Below are positions 45,216 through 58,000 of a stretch of 64,000 nucleotides of DNA, one piece after another. The first letter of the stretch is position 1, and each line of letters begins with the position of its first letter. The stretch lies in IMG/VR virus record IMGVR_UViG_3300032315_001715, positions 186,001-250,000 of that record. The stretch is one strand, 5' to 3'. Position numbers and translations under genes: made by a program. Below the pieces are notes generated by a model. It saw nothing but the letters and a program-made list of their open reading frames with translations. It did not search any database and had not been told where the DNA came from.

Positions 45216-45608
45216 ATGGCAAACTTAACCACTAGAAATCTGTTCGTTGGATATTCAACCGTTGGTGCCCCAAAGGGTCAACAATTGGTGGATCTCAAGC
45301 TGGTAGAACAGGACCTTTTGAATCATTTTTATACCAAACGCAACGAGAGGTTAATGATGCCCGGTTGGGGATGCGGTATCTGGGATTATCTTTTTGAGCC
45401 TCTGGATGCCGTTAGAAATGACATAATATATGAAGCACAGAAAGTCATTGATGCTGATCCCAGGGTCAAGCTCCAATCGATTAATGTAACCGAGCAAGAT
45501 CACGGAATGCGCATACAAATGGTTTTATTGTATGTACCATTGAACGCAATTAGCTCTTTTTCGGTGGATTTTGATCGTCGCAGCCTTGCTCAAAGCGAGA
45601 CAATGTGA
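45216..45608 (+). CDS. gp25: Baseplate wedge protein gp25
   Basis: DLLNHF.T...ER.M.P.WG..IW..LFEP and I..DPRV. Confidence 0.9.
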   Translation: MANLTTRNLFVGYSTVGAPKGQQLVDLKLVEQDLLNHFYTKRNERLMMPGWGCGIWDYLFEPLDAVRNDIIYEAQKVIDADPRVKLQSINVTEQDHGMRIQMVLLYVPLNAISSFSVDFDRRSLAQSETM

Positions 45609-45623
45609 TCTAAGGAAAGAAGA

Positions 45624-48600
45624 ATGGCAACTACACAGCAGGTCAGGCAAAGTCAGTTATTTGCCGGAGAAGATTGGAGGGTCATATACACGGCCTTCAC
45701 TCAGGTAAATTTCAATGCATACGACTTTGAAACCATTCGTTCTGCGATGGTTGATTATGTTCGTCTAAATTATCCGGAAGATTTCAACGACTGGATCGAA
45801 AGTTCCGAGTTTGTTGCGTTGATCGATCTGCTGGCATATCTTGGACAAAGCCTTGCGTTTCGTATGGATCTCAATACCAGGGAAAACTTCCTAGATACGG
45901 CCACCAGGCGGGAAAGCGTTTTTCGATTAGCAAGGATGTTGAGCTATCAGCCACAGCGATCAATACCTGCAAGCGGGCTGTTAAAAATCACCACAACGAT
46001 TACCAATCAATCGATTTATGATTCGTATGGTAACAATTTGCAGAACGTGCAGATCATCTGGAATGACCAGAATAACGCTGATTGGTTTGAACAGTTCATA
46101 TTGGTCATCAATGCCACGTTAAACGCAACCAATACCTTTGGAGATCCGGCCAAGAGCGGAATCGTGCAAGGCGTCCCTACTGAACTCTACCAGATGAACA
46201 ACACGTCGATACCAACCGGTGTCGTGCCTTTCACTGCTAGTGTTGCTGGTAATAACTTGTCAATGGAATTGGCAAACGTTAGCTTTGATGAGGGGTCGAT
46301 CACCAATCTGGCTAACAGCGGTTCGTTTTATGAGATTGATCCAGACCCTCTCAATTCCTGGAGCATTGTCTATCGAAATGACGGAAATGGCTATTCAAGT
46401 CCAAATTCTGGATTTTTTCTGTACTTCAAGCAGGGAAATATGCAGTTCAAGGATTATCAGTGCAGCCTTCCGGTTCCAAATCGAGTGATCGACGTGAATG
46501 CAGATGGCGTTAATCAGACCGATGTATGGGTTCAAAACATTGATACTACCGGGCTTGTTAATAAGAAGTGGAAAAAGGTACCGGCCATTAACGGATACAA
46601 CGTGATCTACAACAGCCTGGACAAGGGCGAGCGAGACATTTTCAGCGTTATAAGCCGGGATAACAATGGTAATGATCAGGTCAGCATTAGATTTGCTGAC
46701 GGAAATTTTGGTAATGTTCCCATAGGTGTGATCAGGGTGTGGTATAGAACCAGCAACAATCTCACCTATCAAATACGCCCGAGTGACATTTCAAATCAGA
46801 CCTTTGCATTTAGCTATGTTGATAACCTCAACAACGTATGGAACGTAGCGTTTACCACTAACCTAAGCTACACGGTTAATAATGCACAGGGAACCGAAAG
46901 CAATTTTAGGATTGCCCAGAATGCACCGCAGATCTATTACACCCAGGATAGAATGGTCAACGGAGAAGACTACAATCTTTTCCCACTACAGGATGGTCGG
47001 GTACTGAAGAACAAGGCCGTAAACCGAATTTACAGCGGTCAAAGCCGTTATCTAGATGTGACAGATCCGACCGGTAGTTACAATGATCTAAACGTATTTG
47101 GCACCGACGGGATACTTTACAGCGAAAATGATCTCAACATGCGCGATGTTGTTACATCGCCGGGTATCAACTACACGGTGGTCGTGAACACGCAGATACA
47201 ACCTCTTCTCAACGGCAGCCTTGGTAATCAAACACAGGCCCTCGAGCTTAAGAACTTTTATTATTACAACTATCCAAGAGTTGCGATACCGGCTGGTTAT
47301 ACGTGGAAAACCATTACCAGCCTTACCAAGAGCACCACTGGTGCATTTTTTGATCAAAGCACGGCAGTACCACTTGGTAGCTATGCAAGCACGCAGTCAG
47401 CTTGGCACTATGTTTCACAAGGGTCGTTGATGAAATTTTCCAGTGGCAAGCAAGCATCGGTCGTTGGTATAATCGGCAACGGCACAGGTGTTGGTTTAAC
47501 TGGTAAGCTGGTCACGAATCAGGGCGCGGTAACATTGAGCAATCTTATAAACACCGGCGATATTCCGGTTAGCGTTATTGCAGCCTTCCGCACGACCTTA
47601 ACGACCTCGGAAGTTTCTAACATAGCATCGGCGCTAGGTACCAAGCAGACCTTTGGAATTCGATATGATTCCGGTGATATGGTTTGGAAGATCATATCAC
47701 CGGATAATCTAAGTTCGAGCGACACGTTTAGCTTGGATTTTGCCGGTGATACCAGCAGCATGAACAAGGATGCTAGCTGGTTGGTCAAGGTCATATGGAC
47801 CGGGTCTGGATGGCGCATATACACGCGATCCATGCGTTATATCTTTGAAAGTGTTCGACAGAATCGATTCTATTTTGAAAACACCAAGAAGGTGTATGAT
47901 CCAAATACCAGTTCAGCAAAGCTTGACTACATATCGGTCCTCAGCATTAATCCTGATCCGATCACTGGACTGGCACTTGGTAAGGATTATCAATGGCAAA
48001 TCACCGGTCAGCAGATATATCCGGACGGTTATGCTGATCCACGAAGCGTTCGTTTGACCATGTGGGAAGGTAACAACTTTGGGATACCCGACGACCCGGA
48101 GGAATTCAATGAGATAGTTGATCCATCGGTCTCACCGGAAAAGATGGTGTTTTGGCAACGCATAACCAGTTCCGACGGTTATCAATACTGGCAGCCAATT
48201 GATATTCCCATATCCAGGATATATCTCAATCCGTCCTTGATCCCTCCAACTAACTCTACCAATCCAGCGTGGAAGGAGGGTGACATAGCATATGTCATCA
48301 GTACCCAAAGCTTTTTTCGATACAGCAAGAGCATGCTATACAACGTCACCAACGAATATCGCATGAGGATTGGTCGAAAAAACATCAGCTTTTTATGGAA
48401 GCATTATGCACCATCTGAGCAACGCATCAATCCCGCGGTGATGAACCTCATAGATATGTATGTTCTAACATCGGCATACAATACAGACGTTAGAAACTGG
48501 ATCGCCACAAATGGATCAACAACGACCATTCCTCAGCCACCGACCAGTGCTGATCTCAAGGCAGATTTCATCGATCTCGAAGCTTACAAGCAAATGACCG

Positions 48601-49004
48601 ATCAGATGGTATGGCATCCGGTTAGATACAAGGTTCTGTTTGGTAGCCAAGCAGAACAGGAACTGCAAGCCAAGTTCAAGGTCGTTAAAACACCCGGTAC
48701 CACGGTAACCGACAACGAGGTGAAAAGCCTGGTCATTGCTGCGGTAAATGATTATTTTAGCCTGTCCAACTGGGATTTTGGCCAAAGTTTCTACTTTACT
48801 GAGCTTGCGGCTTATATACATCAGAGATTGGCTACCATAGTTGGTTCGGTGGTGATCACTCCCTTGAATGCACAGGCAAAATTTGGAGATCTTTTTGAAA
48901 TCACCTGTAATGCTGATGAGGTTTTCATCAGCAGCGCACGAGTGACCGATGTTCAGATAGTACCAGCACTAACAGAAACGGTTCTAGGAATAACAAATGG
49001 TTGA
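45624..49004 (+). CDS. gp6: Baseplate wedge protein gp6-like
   Basis: DFETIR, DF.D.IESSE...L.DLLAY, NFLDTA.RRESV..LA, I.F.DG.FG, RMV..EDY. Confidence 0.88.
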   Translation: MATTQQVRQSQLFAGEDWRVIYTAFTQVNFNAYDFETIRSAMVDYVRLNYPEDFNDWIESSEFVALIDLLAYLGQSLAFRMDLNTRENFLDTATRRESVFRLARMLSYQPQRSIPASGLLKITTTITNQSIYDSYGNNLQNVQIIWNDQNNADWFEQFILVINATLNATNTFGDPAKSGIVQGVPTELYQMNNTSIPTGVVPFTASVAGNNLSMELANVSFDEGSITNLANSGSFYEIDPDPLNSWSIVYRNDGNGYSSPNSGFFLYFKQGNMQFKDYQCSLPVPNRVIDVNADGVNQTDVWVQNIDTTGLVNKKWKKVPAINGYNVIYNSLDKGERDIFSVISRDNNGNDQVSIRFADGNFGNVPIGVIRVWYRTSNNLTYQIRPSDISNQTFAFSYVDNLNNVWNVAFTTNLSYTVNNAQGTESNFRIAQNAPQIYYTQDRMVNGEDYNLFPLQDGRVLKNKAVNRIYSGQSRYLDVTDPTGSYNDLNVFGTDGILYSENDLNMRDVVTSPGINYTVVVNTQIQPLLNGSLGNQTQALELKNFYYYNYPRVAIPAGYTWKTITSLTKSTTGAFFDQSTAVPLGSYASTQSAWHYVSQGSLMKFSSGKQASVVGIIGNGTGVGLTGKLVTNQGAVTLSNLINTGDIPVSVIAAFRTTLTTSEVSNIASALGTKQTFGIRYDSGDMVWKIISPDNLSSSDTFSLDFAGDTSSMNKDASWLVKVIWTGSGWRIYTRSMRYIFESVRQNRFYFENTKKVYDPNTSSAKLDYISVLSINPDPITGLALGKDYQWQITGQQIYPDGYADPRSVRLTMWEGNNFGIPDDPEEFNEIVDPSVSPEKMVFWQRITSSDGYQYWQPIDIPISRIYLNPSLIPPTNSTNPAWKEGDIAYVISTQSFFRYSKSMLYNVTNEYRMRIGRKNISFLWKHYAPSEQRINPAVMNLIDMYVLTSAYNTDVRNWIATNGSTTTIPQPPTSADLKADFIDLEAYKQMTDQMVWHPVRYKVLFGSQAEQELQAKFKVVKTPGTTVTDNEVKSLVIAAVNDYFSLSNWDFGQSFYFTELAAYIHQRLATIVGSVVITPLNAQAKFGDLFEITCNADEVFISSARVTDVQIVPALTETVLGITNG

Positions 49005-52000
49005 TAAGCGTCGAACTATTGAGCTCCTTCCAGGGCATCTACGTACTGAAACACTTACCAAGGTATTTGCGGCCACGGTTGATCATCTTTTTCAACCGGA
49101 AAGTGTTGAGTTTTTAACCGGGTATGTTGGTAATAGACCAGCATGGTACGATCCAGTTAAGGATTTTTACATCGGTGAGCCTACCAAGAATCGCGCGGAT
49201 TATCAATTTTCACCGACGATCGTTAGCAAGGATTACCAGAGCGGATTGCTGACCAATGCATTGTTTTACGAGGATCTACTGGGTCAGTTGCGATTTCAAG
49301 GCGCACTGGTTGATAATCATAATCGATTGTTTGAACAGGAATACTACTCGTGGAGTCCTCCGATAGATGCTGATAAGTTTGTTAACTTTTATAACTACTA
49401 TTGGTTACCATACGGCCCGGCGGCAATTGAATTGCTAGACACAACTGATCTTCTAAATGATGTGGTTGATGCCCTTAACTACACTTATACCGGAACGATA
49501 AAGTACGAGTCGACCGGCGAAGTGGTCGAGACTACATTACCGTTTACCACTGGAATGAAAATCGTACCTCGGGCAGATCGAACTGATTCGATCAATGGTC
49601 GAGAATTTATCATTGAGCTTGTTGGTCAAGGGATACAGCTTGTTGAGATATTTTCACTGGCAAACCCAGGATGGGATTTAACTTCGTGGGATACGTCCAG
49701 CTGGGGCGGAGACGATTCACTTGAATACAAGCAATACATAACCATCAATCGAGCTAGCAAGGATGGAAATCAATGGAGTTCGACCAATAGATGGTTCCAC
49801 GTTGATGTTATCAAGTTCAGCAAGGAAGTCAATCCAGATCCGTATCAACAACAAGCCCGTCGCCCTATCATTGAGTTTGACAGCAACATCAATTTGTACA
49901 AGTACGGTTTTCGAAACCAAGGATCGGTGGATCTTGTTGATACTACCAATGGCGATTTCCTGGGATCTATCGTTGGGCAGCCATCGTGGTCTATCGACGG
50001 TGTTCCTCTGCGCGACGGTATGCGAGTGTTGCCACTGGCCGATGAAAATCTCAATACCAACGGAAAGATATATGAGGTATCGGGACAGATCGCCGGGGCA
50101 ATTGAGCTCACTGTTGTTCAATTGAATGGCGATCAAAACGGATCTCCGATGTACGGTGATCGAGTTAACGTTAAGTTTGGCGCCCTACAGGGATATAATC
50201 TCTATTATGATGGAATGAATTGGTCGTCATCTGGCCAGCAAAAACAGGGCACGACGATACCTCCGTTATTCATACTGTATGACATCAACGGCAATGCAAT
50301 GGACGATCCTAGCATTTATCCGTCGAGCACATTTGCTGGCAGCCATGTGTTTGGATATACGTTGGATCAGAATTCATCCTTCGATTCGGAGCTTGGGATT
50401 AATGCCAAGCTCGACCAGTTCGGTGATTATGTTTTTATCAACAATTTAGCATCAGACACCGTAAACTACATCAGCGATAATCGCCAGCAGACCTATAGCG
50501 GTTATCTGTTTGCCGGTATCGGCGACGATCAGTTTTCGAACTCGTGGTATTCTGCCCCCACATCAAGCAGGCAATACATCGTTAACGAATTTGTTGTAAC
50601 CAGAAATCAAGCTGAATATCGCATCGATCAGACCCCGGCTGTGCAGATACCAAATACCCTGCCGACCATAATGGTATATTCAATAACGCCAAATGGCACC
50701 CAAACTGAACTGAGAAACGGCAGTGACTACTTGGTTAGTGGAAATATAGTATCGATAATTTCGTCGATCATACCAGGATCAAGATTGATAGTTAAAAGCT
50801 GGAACAGCACCGCACCGTCAGAACTAATTGGATATTACGAAATTCCGCTCAATTTACGCGCAAATCCGAACAACGATGAAATCGTGTCAACCACTCGTAG
50901 CCAATTTTTGCAACAGTTCATCGATATTATCAGCAACCAAACAGGTCTTACCGGCACAACTCTTGGTAGCAACAACTATCGAGATACTGCAAAAAATCGT
51001 GGGCTAGGTCTGTCGATATTACAACACCGTGCTCCGATGATCAAGCTTGCTCTGATGAACACCATTCGTATCAACGATGCAACATCAACACAAGGGCCAG
51101 CCGATCCGATAGCAGCGATGCAGTTTGCACAGAGATCGTATCAAAGATTTTACAATCGATTCCTGCAAGCGTTGTTTAGCCAGTCGACTAAGCAGGGATT
51201 CTCAGCGTCCTCCTCTGGATCGTGCGATCCTTATGTGGTCGCACAATGGGTCTCTTCCGCCCTGGCACAAATCAATGTTGGGAAGACCCAAGCAAGCCCG
51301 TGGGCTAATAGTGGTCCAGATGGTATGCCCGGATCATATTGCTCGATGAAAAGCTCGTCTCCGACCTATGTTCCGGCATCGCCTGCTCGATTGGGACTAA
51401 CTCCGGTTTATCAGCCGGTTGTTTATCTAGACTCGTGGACCTATACAGATACTAGATTGGTGATACAAACACACGACGGTGCGCGCATCGTCATGGTGAA
51501 CGATCAAGGTGAACAGCTAGGTACGTTTGTTCATGGACAAACCTCGACGACAAATCCAGAAGAATTGACCAACCCGGTTGCAGCAGCATGGTTGAAATTT
51601 GAGCTAGATTTGTACAACGGGCTTCCAACCGGATATCGAGATCCAGACGCTGCACTGGTATTTGATACCAGGGAATACATGCCAGGAAAATGGCGCTCTA
51701 GCGACTACAGCCGCAGTGAGACCTTGCGGCTCCAACGATCATTCTTTGATAAATGGACGATCAACGGCCAGATCGAGTTTAGGGCGAATACAGGATACGA
51801 TACAACCAATCAATTTTCTTACAACTATCGAAGTGTTCTCGATCTCAATGGCCAAGCGGTGCCTGGTCATTGGCAAGGGATCTATCGATGGTTTTACGAT
51901 ACTGATCGACCAAATACACATCCATGGGAAATGCTCGGGTTTACCCAAAAGCCGGCTTGGTGGGATGCACAGTACGGGTCGTCTCCGTACACTCGAGGTA

Positions 52001-55000
52001 ACACTGCATTGTGGGAAGATCTTCGAGATGGCATCATCAGGCAAGGCGCACGTGCCGGTCAACATCAAGCATGGGCTCGCCCAGGTCTGATGAGTTCAAT
52101 ACCAGTTGATGATCAAGGAAATCTACTGCCTCCTTATGCAGCTGGTTGTGTGGCATCTATACCAGATGTGTATTCGTCTAGATCTGAATGGATATTTGGT
52201 GATGGCTCACCGGTTGAGAGCGCATGGACATATTCTCAGGACTATTCCTTTGTAATCTCTCAGGTTAGCTATCTCATGAAGCCGGCTCGATTCGTTGAAT
52301 ACACCTGGGATTCACTGCGAACCGTTGACTCGTTCGCTAATACATCAAGTTCACAATGGCTGTACATTGATACCAATTCTCGCCGCGGTAGCAATGAGTT
52401 TTATGTACACAGGGAGAAACCAAACACCCTGTCGATAGGTGTTACCATACCAAACGAAAGCGATCTTTCTTATTTTGGTAGCTGTGGATTCCAGCACTGG
52501 ATATCCGAATACCTTGTTAGCCAAGGATTAGATGTTACTAACTATTTTGGTAATCTCATCAGGGGAGGTAACGTACAGCTTGCCCAACGAATGGCAGGCT
52601 ACATCAACAGCAATAGCCTTAGAGTAACCGTGGACAGTTTTGGAGATCTTGGATACAATAGCCAGATAGTTCCAAATGAAAACATCAATACATACCTCTA
52701 CAAAAGCACCAGCATCGGAGAAAGCATCTATAGCGGCGTGGTCGTCGAGCAGGTAAAGAACGGATGGCGGGTTTACGGATATGATCCGGTTGGTCAGATC
52801 TTCACCATCATACCTAGCAATACCAATGGTGCAAAAAATTCAATAGTGATTGGTAATCAAAAGGCAATCGAATACAAGATTGGATTACCAACAACATCCT
52901 ACGTGCCATACGGTAAGGTGTTTTCCACTAGGCAAGATGTTTACGACTTTTTGATCAGCTATGGTAGATGGTTGACTGATCAAGGGTGGGTCTTTGATCA
53001 ATACAGCGAAGATGCAAACGTTGTATTGAACTGGAGCCAAAGCGCCAAGGAATTTTTGTTTTGGAGCCAAGGTTCCTGGGACAACGGTACGTTTATTACA
53101 CTGAGTCCAAGTGCTGACAGCGTAAGATTTTTTCAGCAATATGGTAATATACAATATGTTAACGGGATAACGGCAGGGACCTATCCGATCGTGGACAGGG
53201 CTGGATCTCCGGTACAACCTCAAAACGTTACGATTATCAGGGATGAGGGTGCTATTACCGTTAAACCAAATAACTCTCAGGGAATCTACGGTCTTCGACT
53301 TTATAGAACAACGCTCGAACATGCGGTATTTTTTGATAACATCACGGCCTTTGGAGATATAGTATATCAGCCTTTGTATAATCTCAGGCAGGAACGTGTT
53401 AAGATATATGCATACAGGACCAATGATTGGAATGGGCGAGTTGATGCTCCCGGGTATTTCCTGACCCAGAATGCCAACACGGGTACGTGGAGCATGACAA
53501 CCAATCTTGAAACCACGGCTAATGATGTACGCAAGTATTTCAACATTGACCAACCGAAGAATTATAACGAAATTAATCCGATAAATGGTGCGATCGTACA
53601 AAAGACCACCGAACTCGGTGTGGTCGATCGAACCGATATCAGAAATCTTGCAAAGCATCTGATCGGTTATCAGGATCGGGTTTACATGCAAAATCTCTTG
53701 CTAGAGGATGCCACGCAGTTTGAGTTTTATCAGGGATTCATTAGGCAAAAAGGTACCAGAAGCACCATTGATAGGCTGCTTCGCAATACCTCGATAATAC
53801 CGGCTGACAGTTCTTTTAATTACTATGAGGAATGGTTGATACGTACCGGATGGTATGGTGCAACCAGCCTTAACAACGTCATTGAATACAGATTACCACA
53901 GGCAAAGGTCGTCAACGATCCGCAGTGGATTAGGCTGTTTAGTACCAGTGACAGTGACTACAGCGGTGATCAGGTTCTTGACATAGTGCCTGGCGATCCG
54001 TTGATAGTAACACCTCCTGAAAGTTATCAAGATCGCCTATTTGCGCTGAGAACCAGCTATGCTATTAATCCACAAACTGATCTACCAACCGCCGGCTATG
54101 CCATGCTTGGTGAGACCACTTGGTTTGTAACAAACACAGCCGGATTGTTTAGTTTGTATTCTGATAGGCGCTCACAACTAATACCGCTGCAAGAACGCGA
54201 CACGGTATGGCAATTTATCAACAATACCGGAGGCTGGAACGCTTGGATATTAACCAAGGCGGTAAGCCAAATTGATATCACCATACCTAGCCAGGTTAAT
54301 GACACGCCTACTATCATTACAACCATTGCTGAGCACGGATTGCTTGATGGTGATATAGTAGTCATATATGGCGTTTTTGGATTAGCAATACTAAATGGTA
54401 CCTATGTGATCAGCGGTGTGACGCCAAAGACCTTTCAGATACCAGTTACTACCTTTGAACAGGGTATAGGCGGAACGATATTAGTTTATCGACCAATGAG
54501 ATTTGCCACGATATTTGATCGAGATAGCGGCGAGCCACCAGGAGGTTGGATGGACGGCGACATCGTTTATGTCGACGAGGGAGGAATCGTTCCAGGAGCA
54601 TGGACGGTCTACACAAGAAGCTTTAATAAGTGGTATCCATATCGGCAACAGGAATACCGAGTGGCAGCTAGCCAGATGGTTGAATCTCGGTTGTATGATT
54701 CTGATAGCAAGGCACTGATTTCGTTGGTTGGATACCATGATCCGATACAGGGTCGTATTTCTGGTAAGGCTGATGCTGAAATCAGCTACAAGACTGATTT
54801 CGATCCGGCCAAGTATAACAAAGGAAATTCAAGTGGCTACGCACTAAGCGAAAGCGAGGCATGGAGCAGCGCCCAGCTCGGCGAGGTGTGGTGGGATCTT
54901 TCAACGGCGAGGTATATTGATTATGGCATCGGAGATGAACAATACAGGATACAACATTGGGGAAAGATCGCCCCTGGAACAAGTGTTGACGTGTATGAAT

Positions 55001-58000
55001 GGATACGAAGCCCTATACCGCCTTCAGATTGGGCTAGTTATGCTGCGCAAGGCGAAAGCATCTCAGATGGAAGCAGAACTTTTATCCCTACAGGAAGTAT
55101 CAGAAATCCTACAAATCCGAGCTGGTCAGAGATAGTCGAATACGGCTCCGGTGGTTCTGCGACGACATATTACTATTTCTGGGTAAAAAATAGCTCGATG
55201 GCACCCTGGTCTCCCACGAGGAAACTAACGACCATAAACATTTCGACCCTAATACAAAATCCAGATTCTGACGATATGCCGTGGTATGCTGCTGTGAGCA
55301 GCCGAAGCATTGTGATGGGTAATGTTCAGCGGCTGTTGAATGCTAATCGTCTCATACATCAGATAACGTACTCGTCAACTCCGAACGAAAACAACACGTT
55401 TGGCGAGTGGGAACTGATACGCGAAGGCGATCCAATGAGCCCCATTAACGATACAGCATGGGGTAAGCTGAAAAGCAGCCTAACAACCATTGACGGTCTA
55501 AACAACGATGTACCGGATTACCATCTTCCGGAAATGCAAAAATACGGTACGATGGTACGTCCTCGCCAGACCTGGTTTGAAAACAGGGAAGCTGCTAGCA
55601 AGGTGTTTGTTAACGCATTTAACACGCTTATAAGCATAAGCTTGACTCCAATGGTCGACAACCCTGCGATGACCGGTTGGAAGATCTATTTTGAGGCGGC
55701 GGAACCAATTCCGCCCCAAGCCGGCAACTGGGACTATCGTGTTACGGATCTTGGGCAGCGGGATGCACTAATTGGTGCTATATTGCCGGGGCAAGTGGTA
55801 TTAGTGGACCCGGTGTCTGCTACCGGTAATCTATGGACCATGTGGGTGTATCAACCCGGATCGTCGCCTTGGACGATGATTAGGAAACAAGCATATAACA
55901 CCAACAACTACTGGAATTATGTCGATTGGTATCTAGTTGGATATGGTCCAAATACCAACATTAACTACACCGTAGCAACCATTGGTGAACTAAGCACGAT
56001 AGACAACCCATCTGTCGGAAAGACCGTCCGTGTGCTTGACAACGGCAGCAACAAATGGCAGATCTTCGCATGGAACGGCGAATGGCGATTGGTTGGTCAA
56101 CAAGACGGCAGTATCGAGGTTCTTTCCCAGATCTATACATGGGCAGAAACACTTGGTGGATTTGATGATCTTGCGTTTGATAGCACCATGTTTGATCCAA
56201 CTGCTTCTATTGAGTTTGGTAATGTTATTGATGGTATCACGAATGCCATTTATCCCGAGCCAGATTCAATTGAGATGAATAGCTTGTTCTTCTCGATGCT
56301 CAGCTACGTTGTATCAGAACAAGGACAGGTTGATTGGTTGGTTAAGACCAGTAACATTGTCCTAAAAGGATTTGATCAATCTCTCACAACATCAAAGCTT
56401 CTGGCCGCTGACAACATTAACAGCATTATTGGGTTCGTTAACGAGGCTAAACCGTACCATTCCAAGGTCAGGGAGTTTGTTTCTGGCAAGAAATCGGATG
56501 ATCTAGCAAGCCTCAATATCATTGACTTTGATTACCCACCCGGACTTCCATATGATGTAATACCAGACGAAGGAACCGTTGAACGTATCTACTACGATAC
56601 CTACCAGTCTTGGGCCAATAATTATCTGACCAATCCGGAATTGGTTAGAAAGCTTACTACCACATTGATTTTCGATAGGATCAGCACGCCAAGTCTTAGG
56701 AAAGGCTGGGGTCGCATTTGGGCGGTGTTTGGTTGGGACGACAGCTATGGACAGAATTTTGGTGCCATAGATCGCATCGACGAATATTACGAACCAACAC
56801 CTGGTATGATACCGAAGATCATTGAAGATCTAATGGGCGGTGTTACGTATAAAGGTTACCGCTTAAATGCTCTTGGATTTAATGTGGAAACTGGCTGGGG
56901 TATTGGACCTTGGGGAGGTCTCCTTGGATGGGATCCAGATCCTCTTGCGGTTGAAAGCTATCTTGATCAAATCATACAGGGTGGAGATGCACCGACATAC
57001 GACGTTGGTGTAGGCAATGGTATCACTCGTAACTTCCCCATCGTTCGAGATGTTACTAACCCACACAACATAGTTGTTTGGAGTGACGGAAGCCTTCGGA
57101 CCTACGGAATTGACTGGATCGTACCGACATACGCGCAGAGCGCAACGGTTGTTGACGGCGGCAGTGGTTATTCGATTGGTGACCAGCTTGACCTAATTGC
57201 AGGTAACGGCATAGCTGCTGCTAGGCTGCGAGTAACAGCGGTTGATCATGGTATGATTACCGCTGTTGAAATAGTTGGACGAGGTTCATATTCAACGGTT
57301 CTTAGAGGACCGTATTTGGCACAGTATCCTTTTGCATATCCGGGTACTGGTAGCAATGCACAGTTCGGTGTTAATTGGTTTTGTAATAACATTGAGTTTG
57401 CCACAGCACCAGACAGCAGCAGTGTTGCTAATATATTCATGTTGTATGTCGGTACGACATTTGGTCCGGCTCCAGAAGGCAGCAGTGACACGATATATGA
57501 CGGTAATGAATTCATACAACCATTCGTTGATGACAATCATCCGGAAGAACTCTATCCGTTCCGTGCAAGAGATGCCGTCATGATGGATGTCATGACCAGG
57601 CGCGCTGGCGGCCAGCCATTGATAAACGTCGGGGTTTACACAACTGACGGTATAACTGACCAATATGACCTATCAATCGTACCCCAGGATGACGATGCGG
57701 TCATGGCATATCTAGACGGGCAACCGTTGGTTGCCGGGTTAGCCGGTGATTTTGTGATCAACTATGATACCAGACGAATGGTGTTCCTATCAACTCCGCT
57801 GAGCGATAAGATCTTGCATGTTTTTGTCATCGGTACCGGCGGTAGCAGCAGGCTTGCGGGCGAAGCGTATGTAGCATCTCCGGGAATCGGTTATCTACCA
57901 GGAGACGTTGTAACGCTTGACAGCGAGATTGGACAGGTACCAGCTAGCGTGCAGATATCAACCGTAACCGCGGTATCGATCTCGATAACATCGCCTGGCA